NCBI RefSeq assembly: GCF_006345805.1
Contig: NC_043002.1
Coordinates: forward strand, 100,564,001-100,628,000
Source: Octopus sinensis
Lineage: Eukaryota
DNA: 64,000 nucleotides
Reading direction: 5' to 3'
Of the stretch, positions 39,291 to 52,558 are shown piece by piece; within the stretch, counting starts at the first letter, position 1; each line of letters starts with the position of its first letter. The position numbers were made by a program, and so were the translations under genes. Under the pieces are notes generated by a model. It was not told the DNA's origin and made no database searches. It was given only the letters and a program-made list of their open reading frames with translations.

Positions 39291-39551
39291 TAATTCGTCT
39301 GTGTGAGTTTGGATTTATTGGTAATTATTTTTGGAGTGCGTCTGTATAGTAAGTGCGTACCACCGCGTAGCGAAACCTCTCACCCCAGTACAAAACCTCT
39401 CACCCGCCCGACGTCGATAAAATAATTTACGCATGTTAGAGTAGTACTGCAGTCGATGTAACCCCTTATCCTAACTTTCAGCCTTGCGCCCATAAAAACG
39501 TTATTATCGACGGGTGGTGAGTTAGCGGAATCAATGGAGCGTTAAACAAAA

Positions 39552-40454
39552 TTATCTATTCTATCTCAATCACATTTTTTAATTCATTTTTTTTTTTTAT
39601 TAAACAGTCTGAAACTTCGAATACTCGTAGAATTTCTCACGTAGAGCACGGTTTACTCTGAACGCTTTGGACAAAATTTCATATTTTAGAAGTATTTCGA
39701 GTTAAAGTTGTCATATTCGGGTAATTTCAACCAATCAAGGACGTGTATACGGTTGAAGAAAGCTACTGATGTTTGCGATAGTACTCGAAGAGGAACAACT
39801 TCCGGGTCATATCTACTAAATGTCACTACTGTGTTCGAAGAATCAACACCATAGAGCAACGTGTCCGCAGCTAGCTTTTTTTGTTGATATATATATGTGG
39901 GTTTCAAAATGCCAATGAGATGTATTGCTATTGTCATGATTTTTATCTTACTATAATCAACAACAAACACATTTCGTCAATATAAAAGTCTTAATTAGAT
40001 AAAAAAAAATAACAATCCAAACATGAAGGTAAAACAAAACAAATAGCGGCTTATACACCGGAAAATACAGTAATTGTAGTAGCAGTGGCAAGTTCGCTCG
40101 CTGGTTGCTAGTTGATAGTGTAGAAGGAAGGGAAAAAGTAAGGAATGCACGGTACTGACTAGAAAGGATAAAGGTAGCATCATCTTCACTCGCCGTACGA
40201 ATAGAACAGGGTGGTGATATTTAGTAAAGATGACCCGGAAATTGTTCCTCTTTCAACCGAATACAAATTATTGATTGGTTAAAATTACCCAAATACAACT
40301 TTAACACGAAATATCTTCTAAAATACGAAATTTTGTCCAAAACGTTCAAAGTAAACTGTTCTACGTGAGAAATTCTACCAGCATTCGAAGTTTCAAACTG
40401 TTTAGTTTTTTAAAAGAATAATTTTAAAATCTGTGATTGAGGTGGAATAGATCC
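39552..40454. mobile_element. Older TIR element homologous to 34725-35486 but with different internal sequence
   Basis: Right end ..GTGGAATAGATCC; TIR shares AAACTTCG.A.ACT.GTAGAAT and GTTAAAGTTGT..TATT.GGTAATTTCAACCAA with the 34725 element. Confidence 0.75.
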
Positions 40455-41973
40455 CAAAATAAAATGTTTTGCAGTATTTTACTTTCTGATTCCAAATGTT
40501 GTTGATGTCAACTTTGTCCTCCACCATTCGGGTGTTGGTAAAATTAAATAACGATAAAATACTGGAATCCGTTTAACTGACTGGCACTTTCCATTAAATT
40601 TGTTGTCTTGTGCCTATGTTAGAAATAATAATTATTATTAAAATAAATTTCCCAAAAAATTGTGGATGACGTTATAGTCGATTGTTTCCTTCTGCGAAAT
40701 TTGTACCGTGATGAATATGACATAATTATTTTTCATATTAGTTATGAGTTCGAATTCCGCCAAGGTCTACTTTACTTTTCATCCTTTCACGCTAGATAAA
40801 ATAAGGGTTAATTGAGAACTGGGTTCGATGTAATCGACTCACCCATCACCCCGAATTGATGACCTGCCAAAATTTGAAACCAATATTATTTCTCTTATGT
40901 TACTAGTTACCGAAACAGATCCCCCAATGGATTCCTTTGATTCTAGATTTTAAATTATTCAGAAAACTATATAGTTTTCTCTAGATACTCAGATGCTGAT
41001 TCATGTATATGACCGCTGGAAATGATGGTCGTAGCTATTTTCGTGCGTCAACTTTCTGATTTCAGATCCTACGTTGATTGATTTTTACCTTTATACATTA
41101 TCTGAAGGGTAAAGCTTAGCTACTACATTTGAGTATCAAGTTGGGACAGCCTTCTACACTCTTCTATTGACTCCGAGAGGAAATAATTGTGTTCCATATT
41201 AATGGCAGCCAATGATGAATGCGGTAGATTCAACAACATCGGTAGAGTAAACAACAAAGCCCTTGTCAAGGTTGTTACAACATGGCAGAAATCTACTGTT
41301 TAGAAGGGCGAAACATACTTATAGACTAATTAGTCACGTATCTTCCCTCTAAGGCCTGTATTCTATTGATGCTAGGCTGTATAGTGTTAAAAGATTTTTT
41401 TTCTTTTCGCTATCATAGGGGAAAAAGAATATCGACAACAGTAAAACAACAGGCATCTTTAAATATGTATCTTCCCCAGATAAAATAATAACACTGAGGA
41501 TATTACCAAATAGATTGACGCCACAATCAGGCAGCTGTTTCATGAGACAGTAGAATTATAGACGTAATATTCAGATCTGTCATTTGCTGCAGAGTTGAAG
41601 TAATTAGCTCTGATTTCATATGTGATACTGTTTTAATAAGTATGTCGCAAAAATCATCTTGTGTATAGGTATATATGCTTGCTCAGTTACTCTATAGAGA
41701 TCTTTCTTCGTTTCGTTATGTCCGTCATTATGACAGAGAAACTATCGTCAGACTTGCTTTTGGTCACCTCTTGATCAATCTACTTGCTAGAAATAGTAGC
41801 CAAAATTTCCTAAAACCTGTTCTGCAAGCCGTAAATATAGAAAGATACACAGAAAGACAGAGGTTTGATATAAAAAAATAACAATGGATGGTCGTTCCTG
41901 AAAAGTCTGATAATGAGTTTAATGGACCAGTAATGGTCCATCAGAAACGATATTTTTACAGAAAATTCATGCC

Positions 41974-42048
<75 letters not shown>

Positions 42049-42267
42049 AAGGGAAAGTTTACGAAAATAAACAAAAGACGAAGACAGGTGGTGTACAAAA
42101 CAAACAGATGCATTAGTATAGCGCTCAGGAATAGAAAACGTCTTTTACCTTTCGAGCCTACGCTCTTCTACAGAAAGGTAAACAGAAAAAAGAAGGAGAG
42201 AAACGAGGAGAGAAATAAATGTGTGTAGTGGCTAACGATCTATCATGGCCGAATATATATATATATA

Positions 42268-42481
42268 CTCTTTTACTTGTTTGTCATTTGACTGCGGCCA
42301 TGCTAGAGCACCGCCTTTAGTCGAGCAAATCGACCCCAGGACTTATTCTTTGTAAGCCTAGTACTTATTCTATCGGCATCTATTGTCGAGCCGCTAAGTT
42401 ACGGGGACATAAACACACTAGCATCGGTTGTCAAGCGATGTTGGGGGACAAACACAGACACAAACACACACACACACACAC

Positions 42482-42527
<46 letters not shown>

Positions 42528-42720
42528 CGACGGGATTCCTTCAGTTTCCGTCTACCAAATCCACTCACAAGGCATTGGTCGGCCCGAGGCTATAGTAGAA
42601 GTCACTTGCCCAAGGTGCCACGCAGTGGGACTGAACACGGAACCATGTGATTGGTAAGCAAGCTACTTCCCACACAGCCACTCCTGGTACTATACTTATC
42701 ACAGAGCCATTCCTGCGCCT
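42268..42720 (-). mobile_element. SINE family B, full length with an internal CA/TA microsatellite
   Basis: Head reverse complement AGGCGCAGGAATGGCT..CATGGTTCCGTGTTCAGTCCCACTGCGTGGCACCTTGGGCAAGTG. Confidence 0.92.
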
Positions 42721-43497
42721 ATGTACGTTAGTGGAAAAAATCTTGAGTTGAATTGAAGAGAGTATTCTATGTCATTTTGAATTTATATGTGTGTGTAATA
42801 TATGTGTATATATGTGTGGACGGTGAATTACAGGGAGTTTCATTAGAGGAAGGAAATAGTCTTTTTCTGATATGGTTGAAATTGTATTATGCTTTTGGAC
42901 AGCTGTGATGCTACCAGCTGTAGATAAGTCTTTTTCTGTGGTCGTTGAAGTTGATGACAATTCAATACGTCAATTACGTTTTAGTCATTATTTGTGTCAC
43001 TTGTCATGTTATCCAACTGTAGAAAATAGACTGCATTGAAGTTGTTTTCGAAGGTTATCAAAATGTGTGTGAGTTGGTTGCTTAAGTGAATTTTTCCAGT
43101 TATTTTAGTATCAGTAATGAGAACATTTTAATGAGGATTTCTCACGTGTTCATAAATATATTCATTTTTTTTACGTTTAGTTTAGAAAAGAATTTTGTCT
43201 TTCTTTTCTTTCCTCTTCCCCTGACCAACCCTCCAAACATTTACAACGCACACATACTTACACAAACGTACAAACACACATATATATACACATACACAAA
43301 TATACATACGCACAAGTATAGATTCGAAACACTCTCTACCCAATTCAACTACAGTTTTTTTCAACAAATTCATATATATATATATATATATATAACATAA
43401 ATTTTTTGTAAAGATATCATTCTTTGTGAACGTCTGAAAGGAGATGAAAGTGTTAAATGAATAATTATCTTAATTTTTGACTACCTCCTTGTTCTTA

Positions 43498-43498
<1 letters not shown>

Positions 43499-43569
<71 letters not shown>

Positions 43570-43580
43570 GTGTGTGTGTA
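43499..43580 (+). repeat. (TG)n microsatellite
   Basis: Direct inspection. Confidence 0.98.
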
Positions 43581-43757
43581 TTACGTTGTTGTATTTATTT
43601 TCCAAGATTCCTGATGCGAAACAGTGTGTGTCGAAACAGATATTTTTATATTTCGGGACTTTCTCTTTTTATTTTTTTTGCCAAATAAACACACGTACTA
43701 TGTATTAGTTCATTTCATATTACATATTTTATTGTTTTTATTATATGTCCTAGGTCC

Positions 43758-43883
43758 GGAAATCTTCCAATACACATCTTGTGACCTCTTCAGTGACTCT
43801 CCATCCCATGTGTCTGATCTTGTCCTACTTAGTCCATTAGAGAGTCACTGCAGACGTCACAGGGTGTGTGACGAAGGATTTCC
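43758..43883. repeat. ~125 bp imperfect hairpin, possibly a decayed hammerhead dimer
   Basis: Arms 43758-43801 / 43840-43883; CTGAAGA on - (43787-43793) mirrored by CTGCAGA on + (43848-43854), GTCAC..GTGAC stem. Confidence 0.6.
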
Positions 43884-43987
43884 AGATGCTCGACATAAGA
43901 CCAATAATAGAATTAATCTGAAGTGAAGAACGAATGTATAGTGCGTGTGTTTGACAAAAAAGAATTTTAAATGACCATCTCCAAATA

Positions 43988-44048
<61 letters not shown>

Positions 44049-44052
<4 letters not shown>

Positions 44053-44275
44053 TGACTCAGTCGTTCGAGTGTTGAGCTTACGACCGTGAGGTTGTGAGTT
44101 CGAATACCGGACCGGGCTGCGTGTTGTGTTCTCGAGCAAGAGACATAATTTCACATTGCTCCAGTTCACTCAGCTGTAGAAATGAGTTGCAACGTCACTG
44201 ATGCGAAGCTGAATGGCTTTTGCCTTTCCCCTGCATAACATCGCAATCCTATGATCATGTGGTGGGGGGTCTCCG

Positions 44276-44277
<2 letters not shown>
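44049..44277 (+). mobile_element. SINE family C with a 3' deletion
   Basis: GAGCTTACGACCGTGAGGTTGTGAGTTCGAATACCGGACCGGGCTGCG matches the 25358 copy. Confidence 0.88.
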
Positions 44278-44314
<37 letters not shown>

Positions 44315-44317
<3 letters not shown>

Positions 44318-44420
44318 TGAGGGAAATAAATATTCGTAAATGTCAAAATTCTTTATTTATCTAATTTCTAATGAACATAAATCAGATATACCAATACTAT
44401 ATTTGCATACTCATGCATAA
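44315..44420 (+). mobile_element. Tc1-like TIR fragment
   Basis: TA|CAGTGAGGGAAATAAATATTCG resembles recalled Tc1-family TIRs; no partner end found. Confidence 0.45.
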
Positions 44421-44715
44421 ACTAAGAGTATGCAAAAGAAACTAATAAATAATAGTTACTAAGGAATTTATATACAATTATAAATATTTAGGGGTGAAAA
44501 AATTATTCGTACAGAATAAATTTATGATTCTCTATGTCACAGAATGCTGTTAAAATAATTTTTTACTAGAACTTTCTCGTTTGTTCCAATAATCAAAAAG
44601 TATTAAATGTTTAATATAAGATAAAGAGTAAAAACATGTTTTTCCGTTTTTCCGTCCTTGTTTCGTATACATTCGATGCATTTTCCAAGGAATTTAATGC
44701 TCTTAGCTTAGTTTT

Positions 44716-44926
44716 TCATTGGGCCTGGCCAGATTGGAGCAATCTCAAGATTAATCAGCCGAAATTGCGAGGATGATCCGGTTCTTGACTGAAGATAAAA
44801 GGCTTCGAATGGCCCGTTCATGTTTTTCTTTGTATCTAGATGTTTTGTCTATCTGGATGTTTTGTTGTCCCCTTTTGTATCACCTAGTTGTCCGGACGTT
44901 TTGCGTTCTTGTCCCATTTTGTATTC
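44716..44926. repeat. Sibling of the 9240-9388 repeat
   Basis: Direct similarity. Confidence 0.7.
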
Positions 44927-45274
44927 TATAATATATATATATATTATATATATAACCACCTAGGCCCAGTGTGATACTATAAAGGAAAAATTCAATCGTC
45001 ACTAAGTGTGACTTAGGATGCCGGAGGCCCTACATTGCTAGAAATAGTAGTTAAATTACTCTTAATATTGTAGGAAGACCGCATAGTATATGCACACATG
45101 CTAACAGTAGAAGCAATCGCCCGAAGTCTATATATGTATGCATATGACGGGTGGAACTCTGGTATATACATAGGTGTTTGTTACTTTTTGACAGAGTGTT
45201 CCACTCCAGGATCATCCAAAACACGAACAACAGACTTCAAATATCGGGTTAGATTCAAGTTCGCTTCCACTCTT

Positions 45275-45545
45275 TTCCCTTTTCCTTTCTCTTTCTCTCT
45301 CTACTCCTTCTTTCTCTCTCTCCTACCTACCTCTCTCTCCTCCCTCTCCTTCTCTCTCTCCTCCCTCCCCTCTCTTTCTCTTCCCTCCACTCTCTTTCTC
45401 CTCCCTCCATCTCTCTCTCCTCCTTCCATCTCTCTCCCCTCCCTTCCCTCTCTTTCTCTTCTCTCTCATTTTCTCTCGCTCTTCCCTCTCTCTCTCTCTC
45501 TCAGCCCCTCTCTCTTTTCCCTCTCTTTCCCCTCTCCCTCTCTCT
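45275..45545 (+). repeat. Polypyrimidine (CT-rich) low-complexity tract
   Basis: About 270 nt, almost purine-free. Confidence 0.95.
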
Positions 45546-45569
45546 GTCGATGGTATGTTGGAGATGCCC

Positions 45570-45720
45570 ACGTCAAAGGAGGAGAAAATTGATATATCTA
45601 CTTAGATTTAGCAACGAAGTTTGACTCTAGTTTCAAAGACGGCTGACCCAGGGAACTTAATAAAAGAATCACAAATTTGGAAAGAGTTGGATGTAAGGGA
45701 GAAAAGTTGAGGTTGGAGTA
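45570..45720 (+). mobile_element. Possible CR1-like RT relic
   Basis: YIYLDLATKFDS resembles the IYLDFxKAFDS RT motif; surrounded by stops. Confidence 0.3.
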
Positions 45721-46859
45721 TAATCCATTATCTTCTAGTCATCCAATGTGAAAAAGTAGATGTCGGTAGACAGATACCAAACCTTGTGAGTACTTTACAC
45801 ATCATAGATGTCCCCTTAAGCAAAGCTATTGCAACAACTAAATTCTGTTGATGTTGTGAACTAATGTAAAATAAAGTCTTTACAATATCTTGGTGGGTGG
45901 AAGAAAGGGGGACAAGTCTAAAAGATTTCACTCCTATTTGGGATATCTCATCAGAAACTGCGTAACCTCCTATATTATTTTATATATTTCAAATGCATAT
46001 AAAAATTCATAATATAATATACAATTTGAGTTTATTTATTTTTACGAAAAATTGCCCTAACGTATTCGTGTATCACTAATAACAAAATTGTTCTCAAATT
46101 AGCTTCAGTATTCAAAATAGTATTTCCCATTTGTGAGGCGAGTTTAACTCAGCAGAACTAAAGAAAAAAAAATCCGAACCTGATCTTTAATTTTTATATT
46201 CGCCCCATGGTGAAATCCATAACAAGACATATGTTTTAAACATATTAGTAGTGCTTTTAAAAAGTATTGAAATTTTAAAATATCGTGCTGTGTACTGTCA
46301 ATATCACAATTTCAAACTGTGTACTACGTGTTGCTTAATGGTTGTCAAACTAACTTCAATAATGAAAATTAGCTCTCTATTGTCTGGTATAAAAAATACT
46401 TTCTGTATGGTTAAAAAGGCAGTTTAATGCGGTAGCTCTATCACGTGTGTGTGTGTGCATATATACGTTTACATATAACCTATTAAGGCTTTCCTAATAT
46501 CTGTGACAACGCATTCTGCTCCTTAAATAGTAAATATACACATAAATAAATTAAAACAACAAGCGAAGGTTTTAAATTGACTGAATCGTTAGAGCAACGC
46601 GCAAGATGTCTGCAGCATTTAGTTAGTGTTTTACAATCCGAGCCCAAATAGAGCCATGTTGAATTTTGCCTTTGAAATAAAGCACCAGTCATGAACTGGA
46701 ATCGAATTACTCTTCCTATAATCATTCTAAGTGTCAATGTACTTGAAGAAAGCTAAGATTCTTCAACCACCGTAAGCGAATATTTAACTTTTCGGGAAAT
46801 TTATACATGAAATGCATTATAACTTGCACATACACAGTTATTATTATTATTATCATTAA

Positions 46860-47188
46860 AGCGGCGAGTTAGCAGGGTTAACATGCCGGTCAAAGTGCTA
46901 AGAACGTAAACACGCTGGGCAAAATGTTTAGCAGCATTTAGTCCGTCTTTACGTTCTGAGTTCAAATTCCTCCGCGGTCGACTTTGCCTTTCATCCTTTC
47001 GGGGTCGATAAAATAAGTGCCAGTTGAACATTGGGGTCGATGTAATCGACTCATCCCCACCTCTCCCAATCTGCCCTTGTGGCAAAAATTTGAAATAATA
47101 ATTATTATTAGGGTGGCGAACAGGCAGAATCGAATCGTTACCGCACCAGGCAAAATACTTCCTATTCATTACATTCTGAGATCAAAGG
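46860..47188 (+). mobile_element. Two adjacent SINE family A copies (46860-47094; head fragment 47110-47188)
   Basis: GCGGCGAG..GTTCTGAGTTCAAATTCC..GTCGACTTTGCCTTTCATCCTTTCGGGGTCGAT. Confidence 0.85.
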
Positions 47189-47189
47189 A

Positions 47190-47509
47190 TTATTGCCTCC
47201 GCCTTAGCTAAGGCGGAGGTATTGTTTTCAGTCGTGTTTGTTTGTTTGTCCGTGGACAAGATATCTCAAGAACTGCTGGATGGATTCCGATGAAATTTTC
47301 AGGGATGTTTGACCCCCGTGACTGGCACTAATTGATTAGATTTATTTTTCCTGATTTCTTTACTTAATTTTTGAGAGAGGTCGGGTTCTTTTTTATTATT
47401 TTCGTTTGTGAGATCAGTCGAATTTATTTCAGATATTCTCATCTTAAAAATCATCTCTGGCTAATCGTTGATAGGACGTTGATGTTGCCTTGGCGGAGCT
47501 TTGTGCTCT
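47190..47509 (+). mobile_element. HINE/DINE-1-like non-autonomous Helentron
   Basis: 24 bp palindrome CCTCCGCCTTAGCTAAGGCGGAGG (47196-47219), (GTTT)n, subterminal IR CCTTGGCGGAG (47488-47498), T-rich flanks, no TSD seen. Confidence 0.7.
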
Positions 47510-47784
47510 TGTTGTTGTTGTTATTATCATTAGGTCAGTAGATTGTACGTCAGACAAAATTCGTAGCATTTTTTTCTGACTCTTTAAGTTCTGAGTTCAA
47601 ATACACATGAGAGAAACATTGTCTTTTATCCTTTCGAGGGCGATTAAATACTAGTCAAGCACTTGAGTCGATGTTATCGATTATCCCCTTTCCCCTAAAT
47701 TTTGGCTTTGGGTCAACATTTAAAACCATTATTATTATCATTCATATATTCTCTTTCTTTCTTTTTTTTTGTTGTTCATTGCAG

Positions 47785-48000
47785 TTATGTATTACCATAA
47801 ACAACATTGAACACGTCCGTATAACACTGAAACCCATTGCACAGACGATGAGGTTTGCAACTCTGGAGCAAGATTTAGAATATGCCGATCCGAAACGAAG
47901 AAGAAAACTGGAGAAAATCAATTTATTTACGTTGGTCAACAAATCGGATCAGATGATGATTAATAAAATTAAGCGAGTCCTTGACCGTGTGGCAGACAGG
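47785..48000 (+). CDS. BAIAP3: BAIAP3-family exon 8 (phase 0-0): LCITINNIEHVRITLKPIAQ...KIKRVLDRVADR
   Basis: gttcattgcag acceptor, AGG|gtatgt donor; LC..(I/L)NN.E.VR motif. Confidence 0.94.
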
Positions 48001-48030
48001 GTATGTATATCATTATTATTGAGTGTATTC

Positions 48031-48420
48031 AGGCGGCGAGCTGGCAGAAACATTAGCACGCCGGGCGAAATGCTGAGCGGTATTTCGTCTGCCGCTACAT
48101 TCTGAGTTCAAATTCCGCCGAGGTCGACTTTGCCTTTCATCCTTTCGGGGTCGATTAAGTAAGTACCAGTTACGCACTGGGGTCGATATAATCGACTTAA
48201 TCCGTTTGTCTGTCCTTGTTTGTTCCCTCTATGTTTAGTCCCTTGTGGGTAATAAAGAAACAGGCATTTCGTCTGTCTTTACGTTCTGAGTTCAAATTTA
48301 ACCGAGGTCGTCTTTGCTTTTCACTCTTTCGGGGACGATACATTATGTACCAGTTGCGTACTGAGGTCGATATAATCGTCTGTCCCTCCAAAAAAAAAAA
48401 ATTCGGGCCTTGTGCCTTGA
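48031..48420 (+). mobile_element. Young SINE A (48031-48264) followed by the 3' part of an older SINE A (48265-48420)
   Basis: A-box TGGCAGAAAC, B-box GAGTTCAAATTCC; the second core restarts at CATTTCGTCTG. Confidence 0.9.
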
Positions 48421-50076
48421 ATATAAATGATTATTATTGTGTGTGTGTCTGTGTATTCCATTTCATAAATGTGAGGAAGAATTTCTAAAGACAATAAGAC
48501 TTATGAATATATGCGAAGTTATGGCCTCTCTCATTTGTGCAGTGAATTTCGTATTTCCGCTCTTCAAAACATACACATATACAATACAATCATACATATG
48601 TGTGAGAGAAGAGAGAGATCACAGGTCTATGCAAAACAATATGGGAAAATAGTGCACGAATAGCAACTGGTGGAGTAAAATATTCCATTGAAATTTAAAA
48701 GACTTCACAAATGTTACTTCAAGCAGTCATGCAAGCTGTTCGTGACGTTTGTTTAAGTCTCAATAAAATACTATATATAAATATATAAAGAGAGTATTTT
48801 ACCAATATCAACAATGAGTATTCTATTATTCCATCAGGTGAGAAATCCGTTCCTTTATGCTCTAGATACAGTTCATCACGTATTATCATTTTAGTAAATG
48901 AGTACACCACAGGCACTTGTACAGTTAACATAATCCGGAAACAAATCAAACTATACTCAATGTGTGATTAAGGTGGACCATTGAATTACAAGCATACCCC
49001 ATCCGATGGTCTTTCATTAAATTTCCACCTGTTAATTTCACTGACTGAGATCTGGTCGATTCTGTGTCTATGATACAAGGCAATTGACCCAGGCAAGTTT
49101 GTTGTATCATAGTGTAGAACTTTAAACCTAACACCTCAGATTGGCGATGACAGCTTCTTTAAACATTCGGCTAACGTCCTATTGTCTGAAAGAAAGAATC
49201 GCAATCTATATTCTAGTATAGTTAAAGTAATTAATTTTGTTCCTGAAAGACTAAAAGTAAACAAAATAAACAATAATAAATCATCTTCTTGAACACATCA
49301 CAGGCTAGCTGGCAATTAAGACTGATTTATTTTTCATTGCAGACTTCATTAACGTTTTCTTTGAGGGTGGGATGCGTCAAGTATATTCTGACCGGGACTT
49401 GGGATCAGAAAACAGTGCGTCAAAGCGACGAACTAGTAGAATAACTATTACAGTAGTCGACAGAATGCCCCACTTGTTTGTTTCGATGCTCTGCACTTTG
49501 AGATCGAATGCCACTGAGCACAACTTCGCCTTTCATACATGAGAGACAGATTAAAATTACAATACTATATCTGGCAACGTATTGATAGAATTTGTAGTGT
49601 CGAACGAGATGCTTTCCTGGTTCAGTTTCAACTCTTTGAATTCCAACAGCAACGCCTGCGACAACACTATTGCCAAACTCTGTCTGTCCAAGTTTGCGGA
49701 TTTTCTTTCGCATAAACAATGGTGGCGTGGAAAACAGACTTGCATATAAGGGTAACTACTAGTCTTCCTCAAAAACATCCTATCCAGAATCTGCAGAGAC
49801 ATGATCGACAACTGTGTACATAGTCCGTACGTGAACTCGGCGTCAGTTATTAAATGTAAAACAGTAGCTGTAGGGAAAAAGGAGTCACAATCAACATGTC
49901 CTCAGTAATGGCCTATAACGTTATCTCATTGATTTCCTGATAAAGATTAACGAGATTGATATATTTTAATGTTTATACTATAAATACTAAGATGGTGACC
50001 ATAAATTTGTTTTCCGACCCAAACATATTTATTCCTCAGTGTAAATAAATGTTATCAAAAACACATACACACACTG

Positions 50077-50178
<102 letters not shown>

Positions 50179-50508
50179 TAGATGTGTGTCTGTGTGTGTC
50201 TCTCTGTCTCTATGTGTGTCTGTACGTGTGTGTACAATGTATATGCGTATATCTACATATGCATGTGTTTTATAAATATAATACTTTGCATGATATATAT
50301 AATATATATCGTCAATAATTAATCGACATATACGGCTACTACCACCATACATTCGCACAAACACACACACACACACTAATATATATAGCATTATAGTTTT
50401 GCCAAATGATTATGATATATAGAAAACGAGTATTAATGCCATATGTCCCTTCTCTGTGTATGAACTTCAGTCATTTTATGAATGGAAACTAGAGGTTATT
50501 TCTCTTAA

Positions 50509-50906
50509 TCTTTATATATAAAAGTAAGGTTGTGTGTCTGTCTCCTACGATTTAGATTCCTAACTACTCCCACATTTTGCGGTGTAGTTTAACCAAAACC
50601 GGGTATCTTATAGTCGTGATTCATATCGAGCCCTTCTGGGTATTAGTGCGCGTCTACGATAAGTCTAGGATTTTTTTTTAAATTTACCGTCATTTTTTCC
50701 ATTTTAATGCATTTTTCCGCTATCATATAAGGGAAGTAACTCTCTAAAAATGTCTACGATGAGTCAACGATTTAAAAAAAAATTTACCATCATTTTTTTT
50801 CCATTTTTAATGCATTTTTTTGCTATTTTTTTGGCTATAACTCTCTAAAAATGCTTATATAGTTATTTCCCTTACAAACCCGAGCAACGCCGGGCGATAC
50901 TGCTAG
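50509..50906 (+). mobile_element. Non-autonomous Helitron, copy 2, with an extra ~100 bp internal unit
   Basis: A|TC..CTAG|T ends and the same hairpin; GTCTACGAT..AATTTACC..AACTCTCTAAAAAT occurs twice. Confidence 0.88.
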
Positions 50907-51529
50907 TTATATATATAATTAAGAGAAATCACTTCTATTAAGTAAAACCACTACTAACTTGGAGTTAGGACTGGCTAGCTTGTACTGCCATAGTCGCATA
51001 ATGTCTAATAATGAATCATAGATAGGTAGATAGATATGACAGAGAACGATATATGCTTTTATTTATGTCTATTTACACATGCAGAGTCTGCGTATAGCTT
51101 CATTACTCGTGTTTCATAACATGCTAATTTCACAATGTAATAAGTGGTAGTAGTGTATATGTATATATATAGATATACACCATGGGTTCTGTGCAGTTTC
51201 CGTCTACTAAATTCCACTTACAAGCCAACTGGAGCTAATCGAGAACAAGACACTTAATTAGGGTTTAATGTAATAGTATCGAAGCCGCAGGCATCGAAAC
51301 TGCAAGCACGTGATAGTGAAACGAAACTGTTTACCAAATGTCAGTTTTAGTATTTTTATTTTTCATATGTATGTTTACATTTTCTATAATATATATGAAC
51401 ATTTGTGTATGTTTGTATATCTCCATGTAATATGTATTTATGTATGCATATATGCGTACGTATGGACAGTGGATTCTGCTTGTACAAATTGTATTCTAGA
51501 ATATTTAAGACATTTTAGGAGAGATATTT

Positions 51530-52130
51530 ATTAATTTCTGAGTACAAATTTCCAATCTCCTTCAAAGCAGGATACTCTGATTTCAGTGCACTTGTTGAAG
51601 CACTCCAGCACATCGTTAAGGCCCCATGGAGGACCTCGACATTGAAGGTGTTCAATACACTTGTTACAGACTCCCTCATCTCCTTCAACTTGAGGAACAA
51701 CCAAAGGTCACCGGGAGCAAAGTCTGGACTTTAGGGAGAGTGAGGAACAGTTTTGATACCCATTTCTGTCAAATAGTTGTTTACCAAGATGAAATAATCC
51801 TGGTGCAGGTGCCACCGACCCAAGTGGCCGTTTGTGACGAAGTTTCTCTCTTTCTGAACACTTTCTGTACCTCCACAAAGTACTCTTTGTTGACCGTCTG
51901 GCGAGAGGGAACCCAGTGAATGTAGATGATGCCCTTGCTGTCAGAAAAGGGGATCATCATGTTCTTGTCGATAGACTTGCTTTGCCTGGCTTATTGTGTC
52001 AGCGAAAAACAGGTGGTCGGCTCATATATTTTAATCCATAAGTAGCCTTGAGCATTTCATAAGTTTCTATGGCGTTTTTGTCCAAAATTTCATTGCATAG
52101 CGAGCTTCCAAACTATCTTCACGTCATGAT
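51530..52130 (-). pseudogene. Mariner transposase relic, internally deleted
   Basis: Minus peptides KNAIETYEMLKATYG, MMIPFSDSKGIIYIHWVPSRQTVNKEYFVEV, WHLHQD, EMGIKTVPHSP*SPDFAPGDLWLF.KLK (decayed YSPDLAP motif). Confidence 0.9.
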
Positions 52131-52512
52131 TGCATTCTTCAAACTAGTCAGCTGTGACAAGTAATGTTTAGGAGAGTGAGTCCAAAGTGCAGTTACAGCA
52201 ACTTCCTACAATTTGGAAGCAAAAACGTTGGCAGGTTAGCGTGTTATATATATAGTAATGTTATGCTAAAATTACTACAATTTAGGACAGTTCTAACTGC
52301 CTCTCCTAGAAAATATCCCAAAACTTCTGGAATGCACCTTGTCACACACTGTGTCACTGCTTGACGTTAGGGCTGTATATGCCTGTGGAATGCTCAGCCA
52401 CTTACACATTACTTCAATGAGTAGGTAACTAGTTGATTGAGCAAATGAAACTTCAATGAAGCCGACGGTGATCCATATATTTTTAGTCATGCATTCGTGT
52501 GATATAATGGAT

Positions 52513-52558
<46 letters not shown>

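Noticed and set aside
41886-41955. GGACC-AGTAAT-GGTCC hairpin flanked by CTGATAA and GAAAC
   Set aside because: Core spacing and stems I/III do not fit a hammerhead on either strand; at most a very decayed relic
48760-49900. Faint LINE-like peptide fragments (CR1 RT tail, APE-like pieces)
   Set aside because: Too degraded to support by eye; needs a BLASTx or HMM search
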